Made by a program: the position numbers and the translations under genes. From contig CAZLMG010000012.1 in NCBI GenBank assembly GCA_964560765.1, positions 12,071-76,070 on the forward strand: a stretch of DNA of 64,000 nucleotides. Reading direction: 5' to 3'. The notes under the pieces were generated by a model. The model saw nothing but the letters and a program-made list of their open reading frames with translations. It did not search any database and had not been told where the DNA came from. This stretch comes from an uncultured Oligoflexales bacterium. Its GTDB lineage: Bacteria; Bdellovibrionota_B; Oligoflexia; Oligoflexales; CAZLMG01. Every line of letters begins with the position of its first letter. Position 1 is the first letter of the stretch. This document shows positions 8,268-17,469 of this stretch, piece by piece.

Positions 8268-11200
8268 TCAGAAGACGTTGCTATTGGCCTGTTGTCCGTT
8301 GGCATAGTCGCTGTTGTTACCTGAGTTGGCGTTTCCAGAGTTGTTGCCGGCGCCGTTATCGGTGTTGGCTTGTTGACCTTCGTAATTAGCCTGCGCATTA
8401 TTTTGGGTGTTGTAATTAGCCTGGACATTGTTAGCCCCCCGCCCTCCGTTACCGGAGTTGTTGCCATAGTTGTTGTTATTGTAGCCGTTTCCGAGATTTG
8501 CACCAACGTTACCCGTCAGCGAAGCGGCACTGCCGTCCGACGCCGACACCATGGTGGCCCCATCTGCCTCAATTACCGTCGGGGTTATCATAATCAGAAG
8601 CTCTGTCTGTGTTTCCGTATTCTGCGTCGAGCGAAACAATGCGCCCAGAATTGGAATCTTCGACAGAAAGGGGACGCCAATCACGACGCGGCGTTTATTG
8701 GTATTGTAGATGCCACCAATGACTGCCGTCTCGCCGCTGGCCTTGACGATCTCCGTTTCTAAGGTACGCGTATCCGCCGCGATGACTTGGGCTGAAGCAT
8801 TAGGAGTATCGCTATTGACCTTGATGGGCATGGTCACCCGGCCTTCGCGGCTGATGCTGATGCCACGAGCTCCTTCACCAATGGCCAAGTTGAGCTTAAA
8901 TTGAACCTCTTGTAACTGGCCGGCCCCTGTGCCCTGAGCACCGTTACCCGCATTGGCCGCATTCGATCCCACGACCTCAATCGGGCGCACATACAGCTTA
9001 GTCCCGGCCTCAATTTTGGCACTCTTCCCGTCTTGGACGACAACCTTGCCTGACTGCAGAATCTCGGTTGTGCCCTTCTTTTCTTCCATGCGCAAACGCA
9101 GATCGAGATCGATGATATCGTTCAAACTACCCAGTTTTAGATTTATGGAGCCCGCTTGCGGTGCCAAACCGGTATCGACCGCGAAATTTGAAGACACGTA
9201 ATTAGGAAAAGTCACGGATCCGAAGCCAAGCCCTGAGCCCGGGTCGTAATTCATCCCACCAAACCAGCTCAGTCCCAGAAAGTCGGAAGCATCCCGCGAA
9301 ACTTCTACAATCCGGGTGGCGATCTCGGCCTGAGGAATGGGCACATCTAATCTTTCAATCACGGCGCGCGTCTTCGCGAGAACGTCAGGACGACCCTCCA
9401 CAATCAGAGAGTTGGTCCGCTTGTCATGGCTCACCCGCGTGCCAGCCCCTCCCGCCCCTCCTTGCTCATTAATAAAGGCTTGAACGGCTGTTTGCAGCTC
9501 GTCGGCACGGGCATGATTGAGACGCATCACCAGCATTTTGCGTGGCGTGACTTGTTCACGAACCCGCTTGGCTGTGTCTTCCTTTTGTAAGTAATCGTTG
9601 ACGTTTTCGATGCGATCGACACGAATGACATTATTGCCGACCCGAGTCATCGCCAAACCTTCACTCTCCAGAATGGCGGTTAGAGCCTCTTCCCACGGAA
9701 CATTCTTCAAAGCTAACGTCACCCGAACTTCTTGGCCGATGCGTTGGGGAACTACAAAGTTATAACCACTTTCCGCCGCAAAAACCTTCAGCACGTGGTC
9801 GAGTTTGGCATTGATAAAATCCAATTCCATGGCCTTGCCGCCATAGCTGGTTCTTGGTCCGTCCACGTCCTGTCCCACCAATTCACCAGCAGCCACTGGC
9901 ACCATATCCATACCTGACGCCGTCGCATTCATTTCACTGCTGACCGCTGTTGGATCGAACAACTCCATACCGCCAGCAGGTGACATCGAGGAGGACGATG
10001 TTTCCGCTACGGGAGGTACCGCTGTTGGATCCAGTCCGCTATCCTGAGCAACTGCAAAGAATCCAAATGCCTCCAGGACTAGGCCATCATCTCGATCTTG
10101 GTGCCGTCGCACTTCGAACTTGTTGGCATCGTCTTCCGTTCCTTCCGAGTCAAAATCATCAAGACCAGGATTGTCCAACTTGGGCTCGCCTGGCGCCGGG
10201 GGGGAGATAGGCTGGGGAGCCGTACCCGCCGGTGGCACTGGTTGAGAATACCCGGGGAAAGGAGCACCGTAAGGCTGTGCGTAAGGCTGCTGATAGATCG
10301 GTGGTGCGGGCTGTTGATATGCGGGCGCGTAAGGCTGCTGGGGTGGTGCAAAACTCTCCGCTTGGCGACTGACTGCCGGCACCGGCAACTTGGTTGCTGG
10401 TTTCGGTGCGGATACAGCCGCAGCATTGACCGGTGCGGCAACTGCTGCATTCGTCACCGTATCCGCCGTGACGTTGGCGGCAACATTGCTTTCCCTCGTA
10501 AAACTTGGTGGCGTTAGCTCCTCGGTGATGGGAGCTTCAATCGGGGCCATATCGACCACAGGCATTGGCTCAACTTCCTGACCACCGTCTACAGGTATCA
10601 TCTTGAAAGCTGTCGCCGCTGGATTCGGCACATAGGGGCGCTTCGGGGCTTTGGTGACCTCTGGCATCGCGCTCCCAGTCACAATTTCTGGACGAAGGTC
10701 CACGTTCGCCAACGGCTCGGCAGCACCGACTGGCTGACCCCGAGCTACATCTTTGCCGAAGTAACGCTCAGGGATGGCGAATGTCAGCAGCACATTGCCG
10801 TCTTTCACGAACATGCGCGGGCGAACGTTGTCGCGCAGCGTCATGACCACGTCGACCGATTGTTGCACGGCATTTTCCCGTGTGCGCACATAAGCCACGG
10901 GTGAACGAAATTCCGTCGCATCCACATCACGCCGAACCTTACGCCGCAATTGTGTCTCATAAAAGCGCACAATCAACTCTGGTTGATTGCCTTGATTGCG
11001 TTCCTGCAACACGTTAAAACGCGGATTGCCTCGAGTCAAAAGTTCAATGCGAACAAGCTTGTCTTCTTTGCGGAAGTCATAGCCGATCCACCATAGATTC
11101 GCATAAACAGGCGCGAGGTCGCGGAGCTTGGGTGTAGCGATTGTCGGTGAAATCGCCGTAGCTGGCGCGTTGTTGACAGGCGCTACAGCATTGCTGATGG

Positions 11201-11648
11201 CGTCGGCTTCCATGGCGGCGAAGTTTTCCGGCCCACCCAGCGGAGGTGGCACATCAGCCGCGCTGTTTACCGGCAAAGGATTGTTGTAATTGCCTACACC
11301 AAGATTTGGATTATTCTCCGCGCCGTAGTTTGCCGCAAAGTTTTCATTCGGACCATTCTCGATAGCAAGTTCATCTTCATCGTCGTTGTAGGCATTCGCT
11401 TGGTTGGCATTCTCATCGTATTGGCCATTCACATTCGTCTGACTGTTTGCGCCGGCGTCAGCCCCGTCCAGCCCTTGATCATCGTTGTAGTTCTCGATGT
11501 TTCCGTCGTAGTTTTCAGACTGCTGTTGCGTGGAGCTACACGTCACTAGGAGAGGCACCACCAACCATATGATGTAGCCTAATCCTGACAAACTCTTGTG
11601 CTGCGTCGCCATATCTCGCCTCGTCTCGTCCATGCGTTTTGCACCCAT
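8268..11648 (-). CDS. pilQ: Type IVa pilus secretin PilQ, unusually long, with low-complexity regions
   Basis: AMIN-like segment (LVRIELLTRGNPRFNVLQE...LIVRFYETQL), N0/N1-like segment (ELDFINAKLDHVLKVFAAESGYNFVV) and a secretin C-domain (GGIYNTNKRRVVIGVPFLSKIPILGALFRS...ELLIMITPTVI). It is the last gene of a pilMNOPQ series. Confidence 0.85.
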   Translation of the reverse strand: MGAKRMDETRRDMATQHKSLSGLGYIIWLVVPLLVTCSSTQQQSENYDGNIENYNDDQGLDGADAGANSQTNVNGQYDENANQANAYNDDEDELAIENGPNENFAANYGAENNPNLGVGNYNNPLPVNSAADVPPPLGGPENFAAMEADAISNAVAPVNNAPATAISPTIATPKLRDLAPVYANLWWIGYDFRKEDKLVRIELLTRGNPRFNVLQERNQGNQPELIVRFYETQLRRKVRRDVDATEFRSPVAYVRTRENAVQQSVDVVMTLRDNVRPRMFVKDGNVLLTFAIPERYFGKDVARGQPVGAAEPLANVDLRPEIVTGSAMPEVTKAPKRPYVPNPAATAFKMIPVDGGQEVEPMPVVDMAPIEAPITEELTPPSFTRESNVAANVTADTVTNAAVAAPVNAAAVSAPKPATKLPVPAVSRQAESFAPPQQPYAPAYQQPAPPIYQQPYAQPYGAPFPGYSQPVPPAGTAPQPISPPAPGEPKLDNPGLDDFDSEGTEDDANKFEVRRHQDRDDGLVLEAFGFFAVAQDSGLDPTAVPPVAETSSSSMSPAGGMELFDPTAVSSEMNATASGMDMVPVAAGELVGQDVDGPRTSYGGKAMELDFINAKLDHVLKVFAAESGYNFVVPQRIGQEVRVTLALKNVPWEEALTAILESEGLAMTRVGNNVIRVDRIENVNDYLQKEDTAKRVREQVTPRKMLVMRLNHARADELQTAVQAFINEQGGAGGAGTRVSHDKRTNSLIVEGRPDVLAKTRAVIERLDVPIPQAEIATRIVEVSRDASDFLGLSWFGGMNYDPGSGLGFGSVTFPNYVSSNFAVDTGLAPQAGSINLKLGSLNDIIDLDLRLRMEEKKGTTEILQSGKVVVQDGKSAKIEAGTKLYVRPIEVVGSNAANAGNGAQGTGAGQLQEVQFKLNLAIGEGARGISISREGRVTMPIKVNSDTPNASAQVIAADTRTLETEIVKASGETAVIGGIYNTNKRRVVIGVPFLSKIPILGALFRSTQNTETQTELLIMITPTVIEADGATMVSASDGSAASLTGNVGANLGNGYNNNNYGNNSGNGGRGANNVQANYNTQNNAQANYEGQQANTDNGAGNNSGNANSGNNSDYANGQQANSNVF

Positions 11649-11669
11649 TCTGGGGTCAGAGCCTGAAAT

Positions 11670-12593
11670 CTATTGCTGCCTCGTCTCTTGCTTCTCTTTC
11701 TCGATAACTTGATTGGATTTAGGATCGATGCGAACGTTCGGCGCGCCAAACTTCTGCATAAATTCTGCAGACGATGACCGAACATCCAGCTGTGGATCTT
11801 TGCCCGGCGCCAAGACATAGGTCTTGTCCGCATCCAATCTTTGCACCGCGTCTGGCCCACCCAAGAACAGCGATATGTCATCAAAGGCGCGTACGCCGTC
11901 CCGCTGCAGCTTGTATTGACGGGTCACGACTCGATCCGACAGGATCTCGAGAATTTTCCCTGACGGGCCGATGGGATCTCCCACCTTGGCCACGACTCCC
12001 TCTTCGGCTTCTCCCGCCGCATTTCCCCGCCCGCCGAGAGGCCTTTGCGTAAAACCTCCTCGCCCATTGGCACCAGCATTGAGAAGATCCTGCGGCAACA
12101 CAATCACAAGTGCGCGTCGCTCGCCGTTCGAAAGCTGCCATATGCCGCGTACGGTCAACTGATCCAGTGGTACCTGCAAACTGTTAACGACGGGGATTCC
12201 ATATTGCAGCTCGCCGCCGCGAGCTTGGCGCATTTGCTGAGTCAGCTGCGCCGAAGGTGGCTGAAACGGGTCTGGCCGCCCAAAAGCGGCATAGTGGTAT
12301 TCGGCAGGTGGCTCGACAATATCTTCAACTCGCACAACTCCGGAAAGATCCTCGCCAGATTGGGTGTCCCTTGCGGAGTCCCAGGTACGGTCAGATCTGG
12401 TCGGTGCGTTGGTGGCTCCCGCAGCCCCATCCTCAATCGGCTGCATGGTTTCTGGCAACAACTCATCTTGCTCTGGAGCGCCAGCAGGAACTTCCTGCGC
12501 CCGCACCGGTGTGCCCGAAATGAAGATGACTCCGACCAACAAGCTTGCATGGTGTCGATGTGCTCGGTTTATGCGCAAAGGCCAAGCCATCAT
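11670..12593 (-). CDS. pilP: PilP-like pilus assembly protein (extended)
   Basis: Sits between pilO and pilQ. It has a signal/anchor sequence and a PilP-like beta domain (LTVRGIWQLSNGERRALVIV...VVAKVGDPIGPSGKILEILSDRVV). At 307 aa it is longer than typical PilP. Confidence 0.6.
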   Translation of the reverse strand: MMAWPLRINRAHRHHASLLVGVIFISGTPVRAQEVPAGAPEQDELLPETMQPIEDGAAGATNAPTRSDRTWDSARDTQSGEDLSGVVRVEDIVEPPAEYHYAAFGRPDPFQPPSAQLTQQMRQARGGELQYGIPVVNSLQVPLDQLTVRGIWQLSNGERRALVIVLPQDLLNAGANGRGGFTQRPLGGRGNAAGEAEEGVVAKVGDPIGPSGKILEILSDRVVTRQYKLQRDGVRAFDDISLFLGGPDAVQRLDADKTYVLAPGKDPQLDVRSSSAEFMQKFGAPNVRIDPKSNQVIEKEKQETRQQ

Positions 12594-13300
12594 CCGCCCG
12601 CCCTTTCCCCAGTTGGCGCATTCGCCGCTGGATTTACTGCAGGATTGGCGGCTGTACCAAACGTCTCGCCTGGCTTCAGTCCGCGAAACACAATCATGGT
12701 GCCGGAGGCCTCAATGGTCACCGCCCCGTCCTGATTCTGATTATTTGCCCCGCCACCAAGCACGGGATCGCGCTGACCCATAGGGCTGTTATTCGTCAAT
12801 TTCAAATTGCGAAAATTGGTCACACGCTCCAAATGTAGGAGCCGATCGAAGAACACCGCGATATCGCCATAGCCGCCGCGCACTCGGATCTCGACCGGCT
12901 GTTCCACAAATTTCAACTTGCCCTCCGGCTGCCGTTCATCCTTGGGTTCAAACAGGGTCATCTCGATAGCCTGCTCGCGGGCGATCTCTGCTGTCGTGTG
13001 CAGCACCTCGTCGAAGGCTAAGGTATCAGGCAAATACCGCTTAACCCGGTCTAGCTGTTCTTCCATACTCGCCAGCTGTGCCTGTAACCGGCCTAAATCA
13101 GCCTGTGCCCGCTTCGCCGTATCAAATTGAGATCTAGCCTGAGTTTCATTCAGACGAGCTGTATCCAAGCGCATGGCCGCATCTTCGTACTCCAACACGT
13201 AGATGGCAGCAGGCGGTAGGCAGCCCACGACCAAACATAGGGCCAACCGCCCGGCCATGGGCCACTCAAGGTATCGCGATTTCAGCTCAGCAAAATCCAT
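12590..13300 (-). CDS. pilO: PilO-like pilus assembly protein
   Basis: N-terminal TM helix, then a coiled coil, then a PilO-like C-domain (VEIRVRGGYGDIAVFFDRLLHLERVTNFRNLKL). Operon position supports the call. Confidence 0.7.
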   Translation of the reverse strand: MDFAELKSRYLEWPMAGRLALCLVVGCLPPAAIYVLEYEDAAMRLDTARLNETQARSQFDTAKRAQADLGRLQAQLASMEEQLDRVKRYLPDTLAFDEVLHTTAEIAREQAIEMTLFEPKDERQPEGKLKFVEQPVEIRVRGGYGDIAVFFDRLLHLERVTNFRNLKLTNNSPMGQRDPVLGGGANNQNQDGAVTIEASGTMIVFRGLKPGETFGTAANPAVNPAANAPTGERAGG

Positions 13301-13308
13301 GCTTCATC

Positions 13309-14070
13309 CTAAAAGTTCAAAACACGCTTACCACCCGGCCACACCACTTCCGATATGGTCGCACTCCTCTGCTCCATGGTCCGCTCTCGGTACTCAAGGC
13401 GAAGTTCAAATCGAAGGGGCGATGGCCCCGTGTTGTTTTGTGCCAATCCGTTTTGTTCCGAAATCGAGCGCTTCAGTGACACGACGCCAAAGTAGATTTG
13501 AGTTCTCAGATCACCCGAGTCAACATCTTGCATTTCTGTTGATTTCAGCGCTGACAAGAACTCCGCCAGCAGCACGTTGTCCAAAGTGTAACCCACCACC
13601 ATCAACTCGTTTGCTCGCAGGGAGTTTGCTCCATCCGCACCAGGCGTCGGAAGGCGAGTTGCTCCGGCGGCTCCGGCTTGATTCGGCTGGGCCTCTTCCA
13701 ACATCCGCACCTCCTGAAACCAGATTCCTTCTGGCTTCAAAGTTTGCAGGTGCTCCATGAGCAAGACAGGCCGATACCGTGTCAGCTTCGATTCGGTGAT
13801 CTTTTGTAAAGATGCGACTCGATTTTTCAGATCATCAAGGCGGGTATTCAATTCACGATACTTGCGCAAATCATCAGCTAGGAGTCGAGCGCCCTCTTGG
13901 TATCGTTGCGTCTCCGCCGTAAACCCGTTGATCTGCTCTTCCATGTCATTGAGGAAAAAGTGAACCATGCCGAGTCCAATGGACACCGTGAATATCAGCA
14001 CAACGAGGTCGGGCAGCCACGGATATGGACTCGACAGCTCTTCGTCTGGTGCTAAATTGATGCGAATCAA
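13309..14070 (-). CDS. pilN: PilN-like pilus assembly protein
   Basis: Starts MIRINLAPDEE (PilN-type INLLP motif), followed by a TM helix and a coiled coil. Operon position supports the call. Confidence 0.75.
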   Translation of the reverse strand: MIRINLAPDEELSSPYPWLPDLVVLIFTVSIGLGMVHFFLNDMEEQINGFTAETQRYQEGARLLADDLRKYRELNTRLDDLKNRVASLQKITESKLTRYRPVLLMEHLQTLKPEGIWFQEVRMLEEAQPNQAGAAGATRLPTPGADGANSLRANELMVVGYTLDNVLLAEFLSALKSTEMQDVDSGDLRTQIYFGVVSLKRSISEQNGLAQNNTGPSPLRFELRLEYRERTMEQRSATISEVVWPGGKRVLNF

Positions 14071-14099
14071 AGCATCATCCCCTTTTCAAGGCGACCGTA

Positions 14100-15173
14100 C
14101 TAACTCTCGTGATCACCAATAAAGCGCAGACCCAGTCCTGCGGCGACACCATACAGGTGTCCTTGCGACAACAGATAATCGAGATCAAAACGACTCGGAG
14201 ACACATCGATGTTTTGCATCGGCCTGGCCAGCTGTACCGGTACCTGCAAAGATGCGGCTAATGCGGCGTCCAATCCAAGTGTGCGGGCTCCACCACCGGA
14301 TAAGAGCAAGTAATTGATCGGCCCGCGCGCACCGTCTGACTCGGGGCTTTGCTGAAAAAATTCGAGCGAGGCACGAACTTCACCCACTAACTGCTCATTC
14401 AATTCGTCCATCACCCGTTGCACTTCTGCCGGAGCTTGCTGTTCACCAACGCACGTTGCGACCTTCAGACCCTCAGCATTCTCCACGCTGATACCCAAAA
14501 CCTCGGATATCTGCCGCGTGTATTCATCACCGGCCAAGAAAATATCGCGACAGAACAGGGGTTGACCTCCCTGCAAAAGCACCAGTTGTGATGCCGACGC
14601 ACCAACATTCAAGATGCCGACCAAGGGCTCGATGGCCGGATAGTTGAACTCAAACATGTTGGCCAATGCCAAAACAGAGCAGTCGACGACCCCAATCCGC
14701 AAACCAGCACGGCGCACAGCGGCAATCTGCTGCTCGACGAAGTCGCGTCGAGCCCCGGCCAACAAAACAGGAACAGCGCCACGCTGATCTGGAGCTTGGC
14801 TCAAGACTTGAAAGCGAAAATAGAGATCGGAAACGTCCTGCTGTAAGTACTGCTCGGCCTCATAATAGATCTGTTCGTTCAAATCGCCATTAGGATCGAC
14901 TTGCACCGAAATCCTCTTCACCGTCACACCGCTGCCACCCATCGCAATCGCTGCGCGACGGCTTTGCGGCATGATCCGCAATTTATCCAACAGCGTGCGA
15001 CAGGCATCCACGACAGCATTCTCATCCTTGATCTCGCCGTCGACGACAGATCCAGGCGCAAGCAATTCCAAGCCAACAGCCGCCAACTTACGGTGACGAG
15101 TTCCGGAGAACTCCAACACCTTGACGGATGAAGCGCCAATATCGATCGCCACTAATGAACGCTGTGAAAGCAT
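14100..15173 (-). CDS. pilM: PilM, actin-like ATPase of the type IV pilus
   Basis: Starts MLSQRSLVAIDIGASSVKVLEF and has an FtsA/actin-like fold signature (LLSGGGA). The ATG at 15173 has GGAAGG upstream; the longer ORF to 15218 is probably a 5' extension. Confidence 0.85.
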   Translation of the reverse strand: MLSQRSLVAIDIGASSVKVLEFSGTRHRKLAAVGLELLAPGSVVDGEIKDENAVVDACRTLLDKLRIMPQSRRAAIAMGGSGVTVKRISVQVDPNGDLNEQIYYEAEQYLQQDVSDLYFRFQVLSQAPDQRGAVPVLLAGARRDFVEQQIAAVRRAGLRIGVVDCSVLALANMFEFNYPAIEPLVGILNVGASASQLVLLQGGQPLFCRDIFLAGDEYTRQISEVLGISVENAEGLKVATCVGEQQAPAEVQRVMDELNEQLVGEVRASLEFFQQSPESDGARGPINYLLLSGGGARTLGLDAALAASLQVPVQLARPMQNIDVSPSRFDLDYLLSQGHLYGVAAGLGLRFIGDHES

Positions 15174-15417
15174 CAACCTTCCATCAAACCTAAACGTTGC
15201 ACACGATTCCATCCGCAATCAGGAGCGCGACTGGCCAGCGAAGAATCAGCAAATGGCGGATGTTTGAATTCCGAAGAGACAATGGACAACTTGTAAGGAT
15301 TCCTAAAATCAATTTTTTCATCGCTGTCTGAGCGTGTCAACCAGCGGCAAGGCCTTTCCATACGAGGTAAAATCTGCCCAGTTTGGACCGATTCCACGTG
15401 GAGAATCTTGGCTTTTT

Positions 15418-15426
15418 TGCTACAAT
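15418..15426 (+). promoter_or_regulatory. Possible extended -10 promoter element (TGCTACAAT) for the CBS gene
   Basis: TGnTACAAT lies about 70 nt upstream of the ATG at 15496, in the divergent pilM/CBS intergenic region. No good -35 element. Confidence 0.3.
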
Positions 15427-15495
15427 TTGTCTTCGATAGGTCGAATTGCACTCGTTTATAACTCCGTTGACTTCGCCACGAGGGGGGCCGCGCTC

Positions 15496-16848
15496 ATGCT
15501 CTGCAACACCATTTTGGATGCTATTGGCCGCACACCGTTGGTTAAATTGCATCGCGTTGCGCAAAGTCTAAAATGCAATGTTTATGCGAAGTGCGAATTC
15601 TTAAATCCTGGTGGCTCGGTGAAAGATCGCATCGGGTATCAAATGGTCGTCGATGCGGAGAAGGCCGGCCGAATCAAGCCGGGCGACACTCTCATCGAAC
15701 CAACCAGCGGCAACACCGGCATTGGTATCGCGCTGGCCGGTGCCGTGAAGGGCTACCGAGTCATTATCACCATGCCTGAGAAAATGAGTCGAGAGAAGCA
15801 GGTGGTCCTCGAAGCGTTAGGGGCAGAGATCATCCGCACACCAACCGAAGCGGCCTTTGACGCGCCAGAAAGCCACATCGGTGTCGCCCGCAAACTGCAG
15901 CGAGAGCTGCCAAATGCACACATTCTCGACCAATATGCCAACCCTTCAAACCCTATTGCCCACTATCAATTCACAGCTCAGGAAATCATCGACGATCTTG
16001 GTGGCAAGGTCGATATGGTCGTCATGGGCGCTGGTACCGGCGGAACCCTGACGGGCGTCGCTCGCCGCATCAAGGAGCATAATCCCAATGCTATTGTCGT
16101 CGGGGCGGACCCAGTTGGCTCCATTCTGGCTGGCGGCGATTATGTGGCTTCGTACAAGGTCGAGGGTATCGGCTACGACTTCGTCCCCGAGGTTTTGGAT
16201 CGCAAGTTAGTTGATACGTGGGTCAAGACCAACGATCGCCAGTCCTTTCTTTTGGCACGACGACTGATCCGCGAGGAGGGCCTCTTGTGCGGCGGATCCA
16301 GTGGATCCGCATTGTATGCTGCACTGACCGCCGCAGCCTCGTTGCCAGCTGGAAAAAACTGCGTCGTCGTCCTGCCGGATGGAGTTCGCAACTACATGAC
16401 AAAGTTTGTGGATGACAAATGGATGCAGGATAATCGCTTTTTTGGCGGTGAGTTAGATGGCACCATCGAATTGCTTTTGGCTCGGCAAAAGCCCCACGAC
16501 CTCGTGACAATCAGCACTGCGGAGCCCGCTGCGAAGGCCGTGGCGCTGATGCGGCAAAAGGGCATTTCCCAGATTCCGGTACTTGATCACGGCACCCTCG
16601 TCGGCCTGCTGACCGAGCAGGGATTACTCCAGTCATTGGCATCAATCGACCACCCAGCACAGGTAACGGCCGGTTCCCTGATGGATCGCTCCATACCGAC
16701 CGTGGAGCGTAATACGCCGCTGGCACTGCTGCAGGAGATTCTGGGCCAATGTGGACGTGCCGTAGTGGTAGATGGCAACCGCCGGCCAACCCATATCCTG
16801 ACCAAGATAGACCTGGTAGAATGGATGTTGGAACGAAGCCAAAAGTGA
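15496..16848 (+). CDS. Cystathionine beta-synthase-type PLP enzyme (CysK/CBS fold plus a C-terminal CBS-domain pair)
   Basis: Begins [16 protein letters not shown] and contains [17 protein letters not shown] and GTGGT. The C-terminal ~120 aa resemble a CBS pair ([18 protein letters not shown]). The ATG at 15496 follows AGGGGGG; the ORF from 15334 is probably an extension. Confidence 0.85.
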   Translation: MLCNTILDAIGRTPLVKLHRVAQSLKCNVYAKCEFLNPGGSVKDRIGYQMVVDAEKAGRIKPGDTLIEPTSGNTGIGIALAGAVKGYRVIITMPEKMSREKQVVLEALGAEIIRTPTEAAFDAPESHIGVARKLQRELPNAHILDQYANPSNPIAHYQFTAQEIIDDLGGKVDMVVMGAGTGGTLTGVARRIKEHNPNAIVVGADPVGSILAGGDYVASYKVEGIGYDFVPEVLDRKLVDTWVKTNDRQSFLLARRLIREEGLLCGGSSGSALYAALTAAASLPAGKNCVVVLPDGVRNYMTKFVDDKWMQDNRFFGGELDGTIELLLARQKPHDLVTISTAEPAAKAVALMRQKGISQIPVLDHGTLVGLLTEQGLLQSLASIDHPAQVTAGSLMDRSIPTVERNTPLALLQEILGQCGRAVVVDGNRRPTHILTKIDLVEWMLERSQK

Positions 16849-16881
16849 CGCGGGCCTGGGCGCCCGCCAGGCGAGGCGACG

Positions 16882-17469
16882 ATGACCGTAGCCAAGATGC
16901 ACCACCTGATTCCACCTGAGCTCGGCGAACGATTCCGCGATCCGGAATGGGGCGCGGAGAAGCTCAAGGGGATTTCTATTTTTCGCTACTTCTCGCAAGA
17001 GGAAATGAAGCTCCTCTACGGCAAGGGCGAAGTCCGCTCTTTCCGACCAAAGTCCTACGCCGTCATCGAGGGCGAGCCCACGCGCGGCATGTATATCATC
17101 CTGGCGGGCACAGTTTCAGTTTATAAGACGCATGATGTCACTGGCACTATGCATCGACTTGCCTTGCTGGAAGAAGGCTCCAACTTTGGCGAGTTAAGCT
17201 TGTTTGACCAGGCGCCACGCACGGCGACCGTCTCGGCCGAGACGACTTGCCACATGTTCTATTTGGATGCGACCGTCTTCGCAGAATTTCTCGATCAAAA
17301 CGGCGACAGCGCCAAGGTGCGCTTCTATAAAGCCTGCGCTGAGGAATTGGTGGGCCGCTTTCGAAATTTGAATTCGGATTATGTTTCCGCCCAGCAGCTG
17401 CTGTGGAAATACGCCCTGCGCAAACCGGAAGACGCCGGACCGCAGGACGCTTCTTCTCCTAAGTCTTAA
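16882..17469 (+). CDS. Stand-alone cyclic-nucleotide-binding domain protein
   Basis: cNMP-binding signature FGELSLFDQAPRTATVSAET. No HTH or other output domain is visible in the 195 aa. Confidence 0.8.
   Translation: MTVAKMHHLIPPELGERFRDPEWGAEKLKGISIFRYFSQEEMKLLYGKGEVRSFRPKSYAVIEGEPTRGMYIILAGTVSVYKTHDVTGTMHRLALLEEGSNFGELSLFDQAPRTATVSAETTCHMFYLDATVFAEFLDQNGDSAKVRFYKACAEELVGRFRNLNSDYVSAQQLLWKYALRKPEDAGPQDASSPKS

Noticed and set aside
12045-12734. Long antisense ORFs opposite well-supported genes: 12045-12734, 18096-18869, 50343-50984, 61807-62460 and 63234-63860.
   Set aside because: Each lies entirely inside a gene with clear family motifs on the other strand. Their products are Arg/Pro/Ser-rich with no recognisable domains. 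This is typical of shadow ORFs in GC-rich DNA.
15334-15495. N-terminal extensions of listed ORFs: 15334-15495, 30918-31040, 32158-32358, 40050-40289, 42981-43124, 47294-47404 and 50097-50138.
   Set aside because: In each case an internal ATG with a good Shine-Dalgarno sequence starts a signal peptide or the conserved domain. The extension either overlaps an upstream gene, crosses a repeat, or has non-protein-like composition.
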